Positions 1 to 9,664 of a stretch of DNA of 64,000 bases are shown piece after piece. The stretch is taken from the NCBI RefSeq assembly GCF_036917675.1, contig NZ_JBALCT010000051.1, positions 17,675 to 81,674 on the forward strand. The letters run 5' to 3'. Position numbers and translations under genes: made by a program. Below the pieces are notes generated by a model. It was not told the origin of the DNA. It saw nothing but the letters and a program-made list of their open reading frames with translations, and did no database searches. Each line of letters begins with the position of its first letter. Within the stretch, counting starts at the first letter, position 1. The DNA is from Nostoc sp. (GTDB lineage: Bacteria > Cyanobacteriota > Cyanobacteriia > Cyanobacteriales > Nostocaceae).

Positions 1-238
1 TCCGGGGTGCTTTACGGACTCTGGCTAAAACGGTTTCTTTGCCTAAACGCTGGCAAGCTTCATACCGATGGCAACCAGAAAAGCCATAATATTGTCCATC
101 TACTTCTAGGACATCGATAGGTTCTTGCTGCCCAATCTCCGCAATCGATTCCATTAAAGCTTGCACTTTATTTGGATCGTTTACACGGGGTAACGGCCGT
201 TTTATCTGATTTAATGGAATTTCTTGGACTCTAACCAT
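1..238 (-). CDS. srxA: Sulfiredoxin-like ParB-domain protein (5-prime part; runs off the left edge)
   Basis: The reverse strand from ATG at 238 reads MVRVQEIPLNQIKRPLPRVNDPNKVQALMESIAEIGQQEPIDVLEVDGQYYGFSGCHRYEACQRLGKE. The FSGCHR motif is the sulfiredoxin active-site signature. Confidence 0.75.
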   Translation of the reverse strand, partial: MVRVQEIPLNQIKRPLPRVNDPNKVQALMESIAEIGQQEPIDVLEVDGQYYGFSGCHRYEACQRLGKETVLARVRKAPR

Positions 239-428
239 AAGGAGTTTATCCAACTAGTTCTGTTTTCTGTCTCTAAATAAATCATAGTCGTTATGACTTT
301 GTTTTGCAACTACTTTGGGCAAGACTGCTAATGATATCATTGGAGCACTCATGCGACAAAAAAACCGCGCTACAAAGCAATTGGAAAATCAGCTCCAACA
401 CCGCATTAAGGGGCAGAATCAGGTAGCC

Positions 429-2057
429 ATGAAATTTTCGTTTTGGCGTTTTTCCCGCACTGTGCTGACAACATTTTGTCTATTGGGACTAACTGCTGCA
501 TCAGGTCCTGAGAGCAACATCCAGGATATGGAACTGAAAATTGGGATTGTGCAGCGATTTGGCTCACAACCCACAGCCAAGCTGCAACTCGAACCCACAA
601 AAGGCGATCGCTTAAAGCTAAGATTTAAAGCGGGTAACAAGCAGCAAATCCTGTTTACCAAGAACGCTGTAAAGCTGGAAACTCTCATGCAAGCTTTACC
701 CCAGTCAGCAGTTGAAGAAGTGGTAGTCTTAGGCACATATCGCACCTTTGAAACTGCGGAAGACAGTGCTAATAAATGGCGTTCTCAGGGAATGGAAGTG
801 GAAATAGCCCAGCCAGAACGCTGGCAGGTTTGGGCAAAACGAGATGTTTACAGCACTCCTTTACTGCGACGCTTGCTCTTGCACAACATCCAAGCTTCTA
901 CCACAGAAAAAGTATATCTTGATACTAAAATTTTGAAGCAAGTGCCGCGAGTGAGTTGGGTGGTGGATGGTAAGCGCTACAGCCCGAATGATTTAGAAAT
1001 TAGCACTGATAAAAATTTGATTCGGGTGAATAAAAGCGAAAAACCAGAAAATGCTCGTCTTTATGCTGGGCAACTGAACTTGCAGCCAAATGCTTATGGC
1101 ACATACACTCTAGTTAACCAAGTACCCTTAGAAACTTATTTACGTGGGGTTTTGCCTTACGAAATAGGCACGGATGCACCAAAAGCGTCCCTGGAAGCTC
1201 AAGCAATTCTCGCCCGGACTTATGCCTTGAGAAATTTACGCCGGTTTGCCGCAGATAACTATCAGTTGTGTGCTGATACTCACTGCCAAGTTTATTATGG
1301 GTTAAATGGAGCGGCTGCTAAAACAGACCAAGCGATCGCCTCAACTAGAGGTAAGGTACTAACATATAAAAATGAACTAGTAGACGCGCTGTATTCTTCC
1401 ACCACTGGTGGCGTCACCGCCTCCTTCAGCGATGTCTGGAATGGTGATGATCGTCCTTATCTGCGTCCTGTACTGGATGCTCCGACTAATTTTTGGAACT
1501 TGTCTAAGCAGAGTTTAGCAGATGAAAAGAACTTCCAGAAATTTATTAATATCCAACAAGGATTTAATGAAAGCAAGTGGGATATGTTTCGTTGGCACAA
1601 GGAAACCCCTTTAAAGGATATTATCAAAGACTTGCAGAAATTTTTGCAGGTGAAAAACAGTCCCGATGCCAAATTTAAGACAATTCAGGCTATGGCAGTA
1701 GTGAAGCGAAGCCAGAGTGGACGCATCCTTGATCTCGCGGTTAAAACTGATCACAGCACCTTTGTTCTCCACAAAGACGAAGTTCGTAGTGCCTTTGCTG
1801 CTCCTAAAAGTACGCTATTTTACATACAACCCCTGAACAAAGGCAAACCCGAACTGTGGGGATACGCTTTTATTGGTGGTGGATTAGGACATGGAGTTGG
1901 CTTGAGTCAAACTGGCGCTCAAAATTTAGCAAAATTAGGTTGGTCAAGTCCAAAAATTCTCCAATTCTACTATCCTGGTACTCAGATTGAAATTCTCAGC
2001 AAAGGGACTAGTACCGCAGGGCGGAATTCAAAATTCAAAATTCAAAATTCAAAATGA
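429..2057 (+). CDS. SpoIID/LytB-domain protein (lytic transglycosylase / amidase-enhancer family), secreted
   Basis: ORF 315..2057. ATG at 429 gives a signal-like N-terminus (MKFSFWRFSRTVLTTFCLLGLTAASG). It carries SpoIID-type motifs LRGVLPYEI, EAQAILARTYAL, YSSTTGG and GHGVGLSQTGA. The start could instead be 315 (TTG) or 351. Confidence 0.85.
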   Translation: MKFSFWRFSRTVLTTFCLLGLTAASGPESNIQDMELKIGIVQRFGSQPTAKLQLEPTKGDRLKLRFKAGNKQQILFTKNAVKLETLMQALPQSAVEEVVVLGTYRTFETAEDSANKWRSQGMEVEIAQPERWQVWAKRDVYSTPLLRRLLLHNIQASTTEKVYLDTKILKQVPRVSWVVDGKRYSPNDLEISTDKNLIRVNKSEKPENARLYAGQLNLQPNAYGTYTLVNQVPLETYLRGVLPYEIGTDAPKASLEAQAILARTYALRNLRRFAADNYQLCADTHCQVYYGLNGAAAKTDQAIASTRGKVLTYKNELVDALYSSTTGGVTASFSDVWNGDDRPYLRPVLDAPTNFWNLSKQSLADEKNFQKFINIQQGFNESKWDMFRWHKETPLKDIIKDLQKFLQVKNSPDAKFKTIQAMAVVKRSQSGRILDLAVKTDHSTFVLHKDEVRSAFAAPKSTLFYIQPLNKGKPELWGYAFIGGGLGHGVGLSQTGAQNLAKLGWSSPKILQFYYPGTQIEILSKGTSTAGRNSKFKIQNSK

Positions 2058-2118
2058 ATACAGGGTAAGCGTTTTATTGATTTGGAATGGGTGGTTTATT
2101 TACGCCGTGCTGTACTAG
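2008..2118 (+). mobile_element. 111-bp MITE-like element (copy A), with imperfect terminal inverted repeats and an internal AATTCAA heptamer array
   Basis: The ends are CTAGTACCGCAGGGCG and CGCCGTGCTGTACTAG. An inverted second copy lies at 46791..46900 and shares the core GATTTGGAATGGGTGGTTTATTTA. Confidence 0.6.
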
Positions 2119-2137
2119 ACTTTAAGCATACTTAAAT

Positions 2138-2272
2138 AACGCGATGTGCAACTTTCTCTCAAATCTAACCCCCAACCCCTTGCCTACTAGCGTTGGGGAG
2201 CAAGAATCAAAGCCTCTCAGGAGTGGGGGAGACGTTTAGAGAGGGGTCAGACTAAATCTATCGAACTCACGT
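2138..2272. repeat. Dispersed Nostoc-type repeat (GTGCAACTTT..CTCAAA.CTAAC.CCCAACCCC .. AAAGCCTCTC .. ATCGAACTCACGTTAA)
   Basis: Related copies lie at 23003..23215 and 53930..54066. The right end overlaps the stop codon of the RTX gene. Confidence 0.5.
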
Positions 2273-5271
2273 TAAGCCACAACACTAGCAGAGAAAACGA
2301 AGTCATTTGCAGTCAGGTTAGTTGAGGTAATTCCCAACAATGAAGCCAACTCTGTATTGCCGGTTTTCACTAAGGTATCACTACCCTGTTGCAATAGTGT
2401 TAAAGCACTAAACTGAGTGACACCAATACCGCCCAGCCCGATTTTATCAATGCCAATTGTAAAATCAGTGACGATGTTCTTGCTAGCTGGCAGACTGGCA
2501 TTAGCAATCCAGAATTGGTCAGCACCAGCACCACCATTCAGGCGATCGCTACCTCCTTGACCAGCAAATAGCACATCATCACCATCGCCACCAAACAATG
2601 AGTCATTGATATTGGAGAAGAGTTTATCATCACCAGAACCACCGTAGAGACGGTTCTTACTACCGCCACTAGTGAGGGTATCATTGCCTGAGCCACCGAA
2701 TAATGATTGACGAGAACCTTCAATGACTGTGAGACTATCATTACCTGCGGCTCCAAACAAATTATTACTACCATTGGCTTCGACTACGGTAATAACGTCA
2801 TTACCATTGCCACCATCAGCATTGGTATTTTCAGCCGGGCCGTTCTGACCAATTACAATTTGATCGTTACCATCTTTGCCGGATACTGAAGAGTTACTCC
2901 CAACCAATACGGTATCATCAGCGTTTCCAACCTGGATTGTATTACCTTCAGTACCCTCTACAAAATCTGCTCCGTCACCTGCAAAGAGTGTTTGTCCTGG
3001 CTGAACTGTAACATTATCGCTGTTGGTAGAACCGAAACTGTTCGTGAAAGTAGGCTGTACACCTGTGAGGTTAACAGGATTGCGGGGATCGTAACTAGTA
3101 GTATCGATATTTAGAGCATCCGGTAAGGCATTGGCAATATTCTCCCAAGGTACCAGCTTAAAGTTAGAGTTGACGTTTTCGCCATCGATTGTCTTGGCAG
3201 GTTCATTAGAGCCGTCTTGGGTGACAAATAAACCAAATGGGAAGTTAGACCCCAGTGGCACGTTAATTACATCTGCACCATCTGACTCTTGTACGCTCTC
3301 AATTGACCCATTGTTACCAATGGCAAAGTTACCCACATATTCGTTGTTGCCTTCACGAGTGTAGGCAACAAAGGTGCTGTCGCCTTGGCTGGATGCTAGC
3401 AGGTAGCCTGTGCCGTTTTTGCCGTAATAAATGGTCAACCCTTCGGCGTCATCGGTGAGGTGAGAACCACCCTCAAAACGAACGCGATCAATCAGCTTGC
3501 CTGTTATACCACCGTCCGGTTCTGCCTGGAATTTCCAGATGCCCACATCTTCTTGGGCTATGTAGAGAAAGCCGGTTTCTTGGTCAACCACCATACCCTC
3601 TGTTTGGGGAGAACGATCTGCTGCTGTGGATGAGGGGATAGTGAACTCCCGCACTAGTTCCGCTCCAATTTTGCCATTACCTTTGTCAATCAATTTGAAC
3701 TGAGCTATATCTCCAGTTTGGCGACGACTGGTAAATACATAGTAATCATTAGTTATGGGGCTACGGTATAAGGTAACTCCGTAAGAACTGCGAGTTGATG
3801 CCGAATAGGGAGGTTCAAAAGGTGATGCTTGGAAGATAGTACCAATATTGCTATCGGTGATATTTTCCAAGTATTGTCCGGGGGTGGTGGGGTTGGGGTT
3901 AATTTTCAAGATTGCTAGTTGCTCATTTTGGCGATCGCTAGCTACGGCAATATCTATCGATTGATTGCCTAATTTAAAACCGTATTGCAGGTCAATATTG
4001 TTGTAGCAAATACCACCAGGATTAACTGTTTGCAACAAATTACCAGACAAGTCATAAACCCGCAGTCCAGCATTTTTGACTGAGGTCAGTACTAGGCTAT
4101 CAGCAGCATTTGTGGCATTAACATAGATGGCAGGATCATCAGCATCTGCACGTTGAGATGTGGGGAGTGCCGGATCATCAAACAGATCGGGACGGGTTTC
4201 TACTGTGGGTGCAGCAGTGGGAACTAAGTCTGCACCCAAGGTGAGGATTTGGGTATATTGGGTGGTACCAAAGTTGTTATCACTCACCAGCACAATGGAC
4301 TGACGACCATCTGCTAGTTTGGGGCCGAAGGTAATACCCTCAATGTTATCTACTCCTGTGGGGTGATTGGTGTCAGTAGGCAGATTTAGATCATTTAAAT
4401 TCAACAGTAGACGTTTTTGAGCAGGTGCGATCGCTGCTAGTTGTTCAGCACTCAAACTGCTGAGTGAGTCAATGGAGCTAATGTCTGCTGCACCTTGTAG
4501 AGAAACTTCGTAGATTTTGATGGTGTCGCCTACACCTTGAGCAAAAGAGCGTTCCAACGCTAAGAAGGTTCCTCGGTTGTCGATGGCGAGTAAATCTGCC
4601 AAACCATTGTTACTGGAGCCTGTGCTAGGGTTGGGTGCTTGGGCGATCTCATCAGTAATATAGAGATATTCCTTTTCTGGCTGTCCAGTCACCAGATTGT
4701 ATTGCAGAATCCGGGAACGGCTGCCACTGGTGAGTGAAGCGATTAATCCATCTTGGGACAGGGCGTTTTCAGTAGCGGTGAATAGGGTTTTTTGGTCAGG
4801 TGTAATGGTGAGGCTTTCAAATGCTAAGTTATTATAAACGCCTGATGTCTGCGTATCACCTGCATCAACAATACTATCGCCGTTGGTATCCTGAACTACT
4901 GGCAGGAACTTGCTGGGAACAGGTAGCGAGCGCACCTCTTGCCCTGTGGTCAGGGAAAACTCTTTAATAAAGGGATTGGTAACACGACCAGCAGTAGGAT
5001 TGACTTCACCCTCTGAAGATATAAAGACTGTCCCATTATTGGTTAAAGCAATACCTTCAGGGTCGAGACTGTTTAGTGGAAAAAACTTGCCGTTGGTATC
5101 TTTTAGGGGTGTGACATTAGTAAAAATCACCCCGGAATCGGCGGTAGTGAAGGTATAAAAGCGGGCGGGGGCAACTTGGGAGCGATCGTCTGAGATCGCG
5201 TAGTAACGGTTGTTAACTGCATCGTAAGTGACACCAGAAAGTCCACCCACTGGAGTCTGTATCCCATTCAC
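2272..5271 (-). CDS. Secreted RTX protein with a phytase-like esterase domain, a beta-propeller 3-phytase domain and C-terminal hemolysin-type Ca-binding repeats
   Basis: 999-aa [15 protein letters not shown] and YAISDD are the phytase-like N-domain. [10 protein letters not shown] is the BPP phytase signature. The GG.G.D nonapeptides ([36 protein letters not shown]) are RTX repeats. No N-terminal signal peptide, which fits type I secretion. The frame continues upstream across a TGA (see next feature). Confidence 0.85.
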   Translation of the reverse strand: MNGIQTPVGGLSGVTYDAVNNRYYAISDDRSQVAPARFYTFTTADSGVIFTNVTPLKDTNGKFFPLNSLDPEGIALTNNGTVFISSEGEVNPTAGRVTNPFIKEFSLTTGQEVRSLPVPSKFLPVVQDTNGDSIVDAGDTQTSGVYNNLAFESLTITPDQKTLFTATENALSQDGLIASLTSGSRSRILQYNLVTGQPEKEYLYITDEIAQAPNPSTGSSNNGLADLLAIDNRGTFLALERSFAQGVGDTIKIYEVSLQGAADISSIDSLSSLSAEQLAAIAPAQKRLLLNLNDLNLPTDTNHPTGVDNIEGITFGPKLADGRQSIVLVSDNNFGTTQYTQILTLGADLVPTAAPTVETRPDLFDDPALPTSQRADADDPAIYVNATNAADSLVLTSVKNAGLRVYDLSGNLLQTVNPGGICYNNIDLQYGFKLGNQSIDIAVASDRQNEQLAILKINPNPTTPGQYLENITDSNIGTIFQASPFEPPYSASTRSSYGVTLYRSPITNDYYVFTSRRQTGDIAQFKLIDKGNGKIGAELVREFTIPSSTAADRSPQTEGMVVDQETGFLYIAQEDVGIWKFQAEPDGGITGKLIDRVRFEGGSHLTDDAEGLTIYYGKNGTGYLLASSQGDSTFVAYTREGNNEYVGNFAIGNNGSIESVQESDGADVINVPLGSNFPFGLFVTQDGSNEPAKTIDGENVNSNFKLVPWENIANALPDALNIDTTSYDPRNPVNLTGVQPTFTNSFGSTNSDNVTVQPGQTLFAGDGADFVEGTEGNTIQVGNADDTVLVGSNSSVSGKDGNDQIVIGQNGPAENTNADGGNGNDVITVVEANGSNNLFGAAGNDSLTVIEGSRQSLFGGSGNDTLTSGGSKNRLYGGSGDDKLFSNINDSLFGGDGDDVLFAGQGGSDRLNGGAGADQFWIANASLPASKNIVTDFTIGIDKIGLGGIGVTQFSALTLLQQGSDTLVKTGNTELASLLGITSTNLTANDFVFSASVVA

Positions 5272-5277
5272 AGTTCA

Positions 5278-5445
5278 CGCCACGCCAGCACGAATAAAGC
5301 CTGTGGGAAAAATACTCTGCGTCACAAATCCAACATTGGGAATAGTTTCACCCGGTTCCGTTGCGCCAGTTTGCACATCTGCTTCAGGGTTAGGATTCAA
5401 AGAAGCATTGAACTGGAAAAAGCGAATTGTATTAGTAGTTACCAT
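5278..5445 (-). pseudogene. 56-codon N-terminal segment, in frame with the RTX/phytase ORF but separated from it by TGA at 5275..5277
   Basis: ATG at 5445 gives MVTTNTIRFFQFNASLNPNPEADVQTGATEPGETIPNVGFVTQSIFPTGFIRAGVA. Then come TGA, ACT and GTG(5271), all in the same frame. Confidence 0.55.
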
Positions 5446-5728
5446 GTTTAATTCTGAGATAGATTCTAGACGTTTTAAAAATTGAGAGTGGGCGTTTCTA
5501 GCAATTCGTCAGTTGTGGTCAGGTTGCCACCACGGTAAAATTCATTAATAACGATCTTGGGCATAAAAACTTCTTCGTTTAATTGTGTGAAGGTGCGATC
5601 GCACCTTCACTTTGTGTCAAAGTGATAAAAGGTATATGCTGAGAAACCAACAGGATTAGAAGTCTCTATAAAATTTGCCTTCCAAACTACTATTTTTAGT
5701 GGTTGTCATAAGACACTTACATATCTAA

Positions 5729-5822
5729 CAGGACTTACACAAAAAGGCAGTGAAAGCCCTGATTTCCCGTAGGGGCAATTCATGAATTGTCCCTGAGCGC
5801 GTGTAGTTTTGCGTAAGTCCTA
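5729..5822. repeat. MITE-like dispersed repeat with a GGGGCAATTCATGAATTG hairpin core
   Basis: The ends are AGGACTTACACAAAA and TTTTGCGTAAGTCCT. A second copy in opposite orientation lies at 12722..12823. Confidence 0.6.
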
Positions 5823-6511
5823 TCTAATTTTTCGTATTAATTCTTAATTGATTGGGCAACCTAAACTTATCCCAGTCAGATTAAGAAATAGCTAGCTATA
5901 GGTTAAAACAAAAAATAATTGCAGATTTGCGAATGCTTTTGTGCCACAGTAATTATTCTCAGTCATATATCTTGAGCAAATGGCGTAGTCGGCAAAACTG
6001 AGAATAGCTATTTTTTCGATAGACCTACATATGTCTTTATCTGACTAAGTTTCAAGCTTTGCTACCCTCTTAATAAATTGGAAAAATTCTCAGCTAAAAC
6101 ACATCTAAAAACTTTCATATCTAAAATATTGTGTAGTAAGCTGCGATATTTTCATCCAACATCACGTTATAATCAATCTGCAATCAATACAAGACCTTTA
6201 TAGAAATATAATCACGTTTAGAAGTGAATTTGATCGGAGTAATTTTGATGATCAACTAATCCAAGAAAAATTTCCAGACTATTTAATTTAAATGAAGTTT
6301 TGCAAATTGCAAATGGTACTAGCTTAGAGGCTCAAAGCATAGGAAACGCCAAAAAGCTAGTAATTGTCAAAAACTCAACTTCCCCATCACTTCTTTTACC
6401 TGTGGTAAAAATTAGTAATAGGGCGTTTCCTTTTTGATTCGCTTACCTACACTCCCTGCCTTGTCTACGACACGCTGCGCGAACGGCTGAGGAAGGGGAA
6501 TTACGCGATAC

Positions 6512-6556
6512 TGTTAAAAAATCAAGCAGGAACATTGGAAATTTTGTGTTCCTGCT
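6512..6556 (-). terminator. Candidate intrinsic terminator downstream of petF
   Basis: On the minus strand the stem GCAGGAACA / TGTTCCTGC is followed by TTGATTTTTT. It lies about 145 nt after the petF stop. Confidence 0.5.
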
Positions 6557-6698
6557 CAACACGAAATTAGGCTTTTTATCAAAATCGCTTTAAGAAGTAC
6601 ACACGGCATCGGAAGGGTATATAACCCTAGATGCCCTGCTTCTATTTTGCCAACATTAGTCACTCTTGCAAGAGGTTTATTGTTGAGGGGACTAACTC

Positions 6699-7016
<318 letters not shown>

Positions 7017-7578
7017 TCAAATGACAGTATAAGTTATCTTAAGGCAAAGGTAACGGCTATTCTGTGGGATTAGCCGCTCGTTAAAATTTGCTTCAATTCT
7101 GATACTACGAGAAAAATTAAACGATGTAACTGGAAATTGAACCCGATTAGTAATGAAATTTAGTTGCTTAATCCTGATAAGTTTTATTTATATTATTTCC
7201 TGCCCCAGCCAGGCTGTGATAAAAAAAAACTATCTTAGGGATGAAAAAACATGAATAGGATTAATGCCACCGATATTTTGTCGGACTTACGCAGAAAAGC
7301 TCCTCAACTTCCTTAAAAAGCAGAGATGTTTCATTCGATCAGGTAGAGATTTTGTCAATCTTATGAGCGAGAAATAAGCTTTGAGTTGGTAAGCCAAAAA
7401 TTACCGCAACGAGTCCGTAAATTTAAGTGCGTTCTGTGCAACTCTTAGAGACGCTCCGCGATCGCTATGATAATTGTTGGATCAGATTTTTTAATCACCT
7501 GATTTTTTCGGGTTAGACGCTTGTAAATTAGCGCCTTTTAGGAAACTGGCAGAATGAAAAACAGAACTAGTGAAGATC

Positions 7579-8598
7579 ATGTATAATCCAGAAGCAGCTT
7601 TGGAAAAAGCAAGAGTGCGTGTAGGTTTGGTAGGTACTGGGTATGCGGCCAAGTTTCGGGCTAAGGCATTTCTCGATGATCAGCGATCGCATTTAGTCGC
7701 AGTTGTTGGTCATTGTGCAGAAAAAACAGAAACCTTTGCCAAAGAATACCAGATTGAAGCCTTGAGTTCTTGGCAAGAGCTAGTAAAGCGGGAAGATATA
7801 GACCTAGTAGTGATTTGCACTATTAATCGAGATCATGGTGCGATCGCTCGTGCAGCCCTTACCAATGGCAAACACATAATTGTAGAGTATCCCATTTCAT
7901 TAGATGTGGTCGAAGCTGAGGAACTGATCGCTTTAGCAAAAGCACAACAAAAACTCCTGCACGTTGAACACTTAGAACTTTTGGGTGGTTTGCATCAAGC
8001 CTTAAAGCAAAACTTAGCCAAAATTGGTGAGGTGTTTTATGTTCGCTACAGTACCATCAATCCCCAGAATCCTGCACCCCGCAAATGGACTTATAACCAC
8101 GAGTTGTTCGGTTTTCCCTTAATTGGTGCCCTGTCTCGCCTACATCGTCTCACCGATTTGTTTGGTAAAGTATTTACAGTTAACTGTCACCAGCGATATT
8201 GGGAAATAGAACCGGAATATTACCAAACCTGTTTCTGCACTAGTGAACTGTGCTTTAACAGTGGACTTTTAGCCCAAGTAGTCTATGGCAAAGGTGAAAG
8301 TATTTGGCAATCAGAACGCAAGTTTGAAGTTCACGGTGAAAAAGGTGGTTTAATTTTTGATGGTGACACAGGAATTTTCATCCAGCCAGGGGAAACAACA
8401 CCTATAGAGGTTGCCCCTCGCCAGGGTTTGTTCGCCAAAGACACGAGTATGGTGTTAGATCATCTTTTTGATGGCACTCCTTTGTACGTTACCCCAGAGG
8501 AAAGCTTGTATACCCTAAAAGTTGCTGATGCTGCACAAAGAGCTGCACAGACAGGGTTAACTATGTTTATGAAAGATACTTTAGGTGACAAAAGTTAA
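7579..8598 (+). CDS. bvdR: Gfo/Idh/MocA-fold NAD(P)H oxidoreductase, biliverdin-reductase-like
   Basis: Rossmann motif VGLVGTGYAAKFR. GKHIIVEYPISLDVVEAEELIALAKAQQKLLHVEHLELL and FGFPLIGALSRLHRLTDLFG closely follow my recollection of biliverdin reductase A (GKHVLVEYPMTL...[29 protein letters not shown]). The ORF opens with GTG at 7570, but ATG at 7579 is preferred. Confidence 0.7.
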   Translation: MYNPEAALEKARVRVGLVGTGYAAKFRAKAFLDDQRSHLVAVVGHCAEKTETFAKEYQIEALSSWQELVKREDIDLVVICTINRDHGAIARAALTNGKHIIVEYPISLDVVEAEELIALAKAQQKLLHVEHLELLGGLHQALKQNLAKIGEVFYVRYSTINPQNPAPRKWTYNHELFGFPLIGALSRLHRLTDLFGKVFTVNCHQRYWEIEPEYYQTCFCTSELCFNSGLLAQVVYGKGESIWQSERKFEVHGEKGGLIFDGDTGIFIQPGETTPIEVAPRQGLFAKDTSMVLDHLFDGTPLYVTPEESLYTLKVADAAQRAAQTGLTMFMKDTLGDKS

Positions 8599-9383
8599 TG
8601 AAAACTGAACTAATTGTGATTTTATCCCAGCGAGAATTAGACAAAATGCGTCAAGCTGGGCGTTTAGCAGCTAAACTTCTCCAGCATCTCGAACCGTTTG
8701 TGAAGCCAGGAGTTAGCACTCTTGAACTCAATGATGAAGCCGAACGTTGGACACAAGCGCATGGAGCAAAAAGCGCACCCCTTGGTTATAAGGGTTATCC
8801 TAAATCGATTTGCACTAGTGTAAATGAGGTAATCTGCCACGGCATTCCCAACGCCAAGCAAATCCTCAAGGAAGGTGACATCATTAATATTGATGTGACG
8901 CCGATTGTTGAAGGTTATCACGGTGATACATCCAAGACATTCTTTGTCGGCACTCCTTCCCCAAAAACGAGGAAGTTGGTAGAGGTGACAGAGAAGTGTC
9001 TCCGCCTGGGTATTGCTGAAGTTAAACCTGGGGGACGCATTGGCGACATTGGTGCAGCCATTCAAGAGTATGCTGAAGCACAAGGCTTTTCTGTGGTGCG
9101 AGATTTTGTTGGACACGGCATCAGTAACATTTTCCATACTGCACCGGATGTTCCTCATTATGGCACACGCGGTAAGGGCAAGCGCCTCAGACCAGGGATG
9201 GTTTTTACTATTGAGCCAATGATTAACGAAGGCACTTACGAAGTCGAGGTTCTGGGCGATAAGTGGACTGCTGTAACGCGCGATCGCCTACTTTCGGCTC
9301 AATGTGAGCATACCTTAGCTGTAACTGAAGATGGGGTTGAAATCCTTACCCTACCAGAAGGCGAGAATTACTGGGCTGGTTGA
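8598..9383 (+). CDS. map: Type I methionine aminopeptidase
   Basis: Motifs VNEVICHGIP, DIINIDVT, GYHGDTS, FVGHGI and TIEPM. The ATG overlaps the upstream TAA (TAATG), which suggests translational coupling. Confidence 0.95.
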   Translation: MKTELIVILSQRELDKMRQAGRLAAKLLQHLEPFVKPGVSTLELNDEAERWTQAHGAKSAPLGYKGYPKSICTSVNEVICHGIPNAKQILKEGDIINIDVTPIVEGYHGDTSKTFFVGTPSPKTRKLVEVTEKCLRLGIAEVKPGGRIGDIGAAIQEYAEAQGFSVVRDFVGHGISNIFHTAPDVPHYGTRGKGKRLRPGMVFTIEPMINEGTYEVEVLGDKWTAVTRDRLLSAQCEHTLAVTEDGVEILTLPEGENYWAG

Positions 9384-9406
9384 TTTTTCTACTACTTGAT
9401 TAACCT

Positions 9407-9523
9407 ATGACTCAAACTCTTGCTGCGGAAAACGTCACACTTGAGCAACTAATATTGCTCTATGGATTAGAGTTAGTTGATTCGGAAGAATTATTGAGTC
9501 TAAACAGGTTGCTTATTCGGTAG
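9407..9523 (+). pseudogene. Possible truncated remnant (38 codons) of a cyanobacterial HsdR-N/PD-(D/E)XK-like family gene
   Basis: MTQTLAAENVTLEQLILLYGLELVDSEELLSLNRLLIR resembles the N-terminal ..ITL..L...FGL.LVEDE.. pattern of that family as I recall it. This is pattern similarity only. Confidence 0.25.
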
Positions 9524-9664
9524 AAGCAGGACTTGACCAAATTCTGGCATAGATGCTGGCTGCTCTCCAGTCACAAGATGTAGTATTTGGCATGATTGCA
9601 ATTGCCAGTTTATTTGCTCCAAATCGCAAAATATTCAACATAGAGCATCGAGAACGTAGTTGCT

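Noticed and set aside
5275-5277. TGA as a selenocysteine codon
   Set aside because: No SECIS-like hairpin is evident immediately downstream on the minus strand. As far as I know, cyanobacteria of this type lack the Sec machinery. A nonsense mutation or a sequencing error is more parsimonious.
8664-9158. 164-aa minus-strand ORF (similar cases at 406..745, 6647..6973, 17308..17724, 43459..43836, 54401..55301 and 58120..59009)
   Set aside because: These lie entirely inside well-supported genes on the opposite strand. They are shadow ORFs without motifs.
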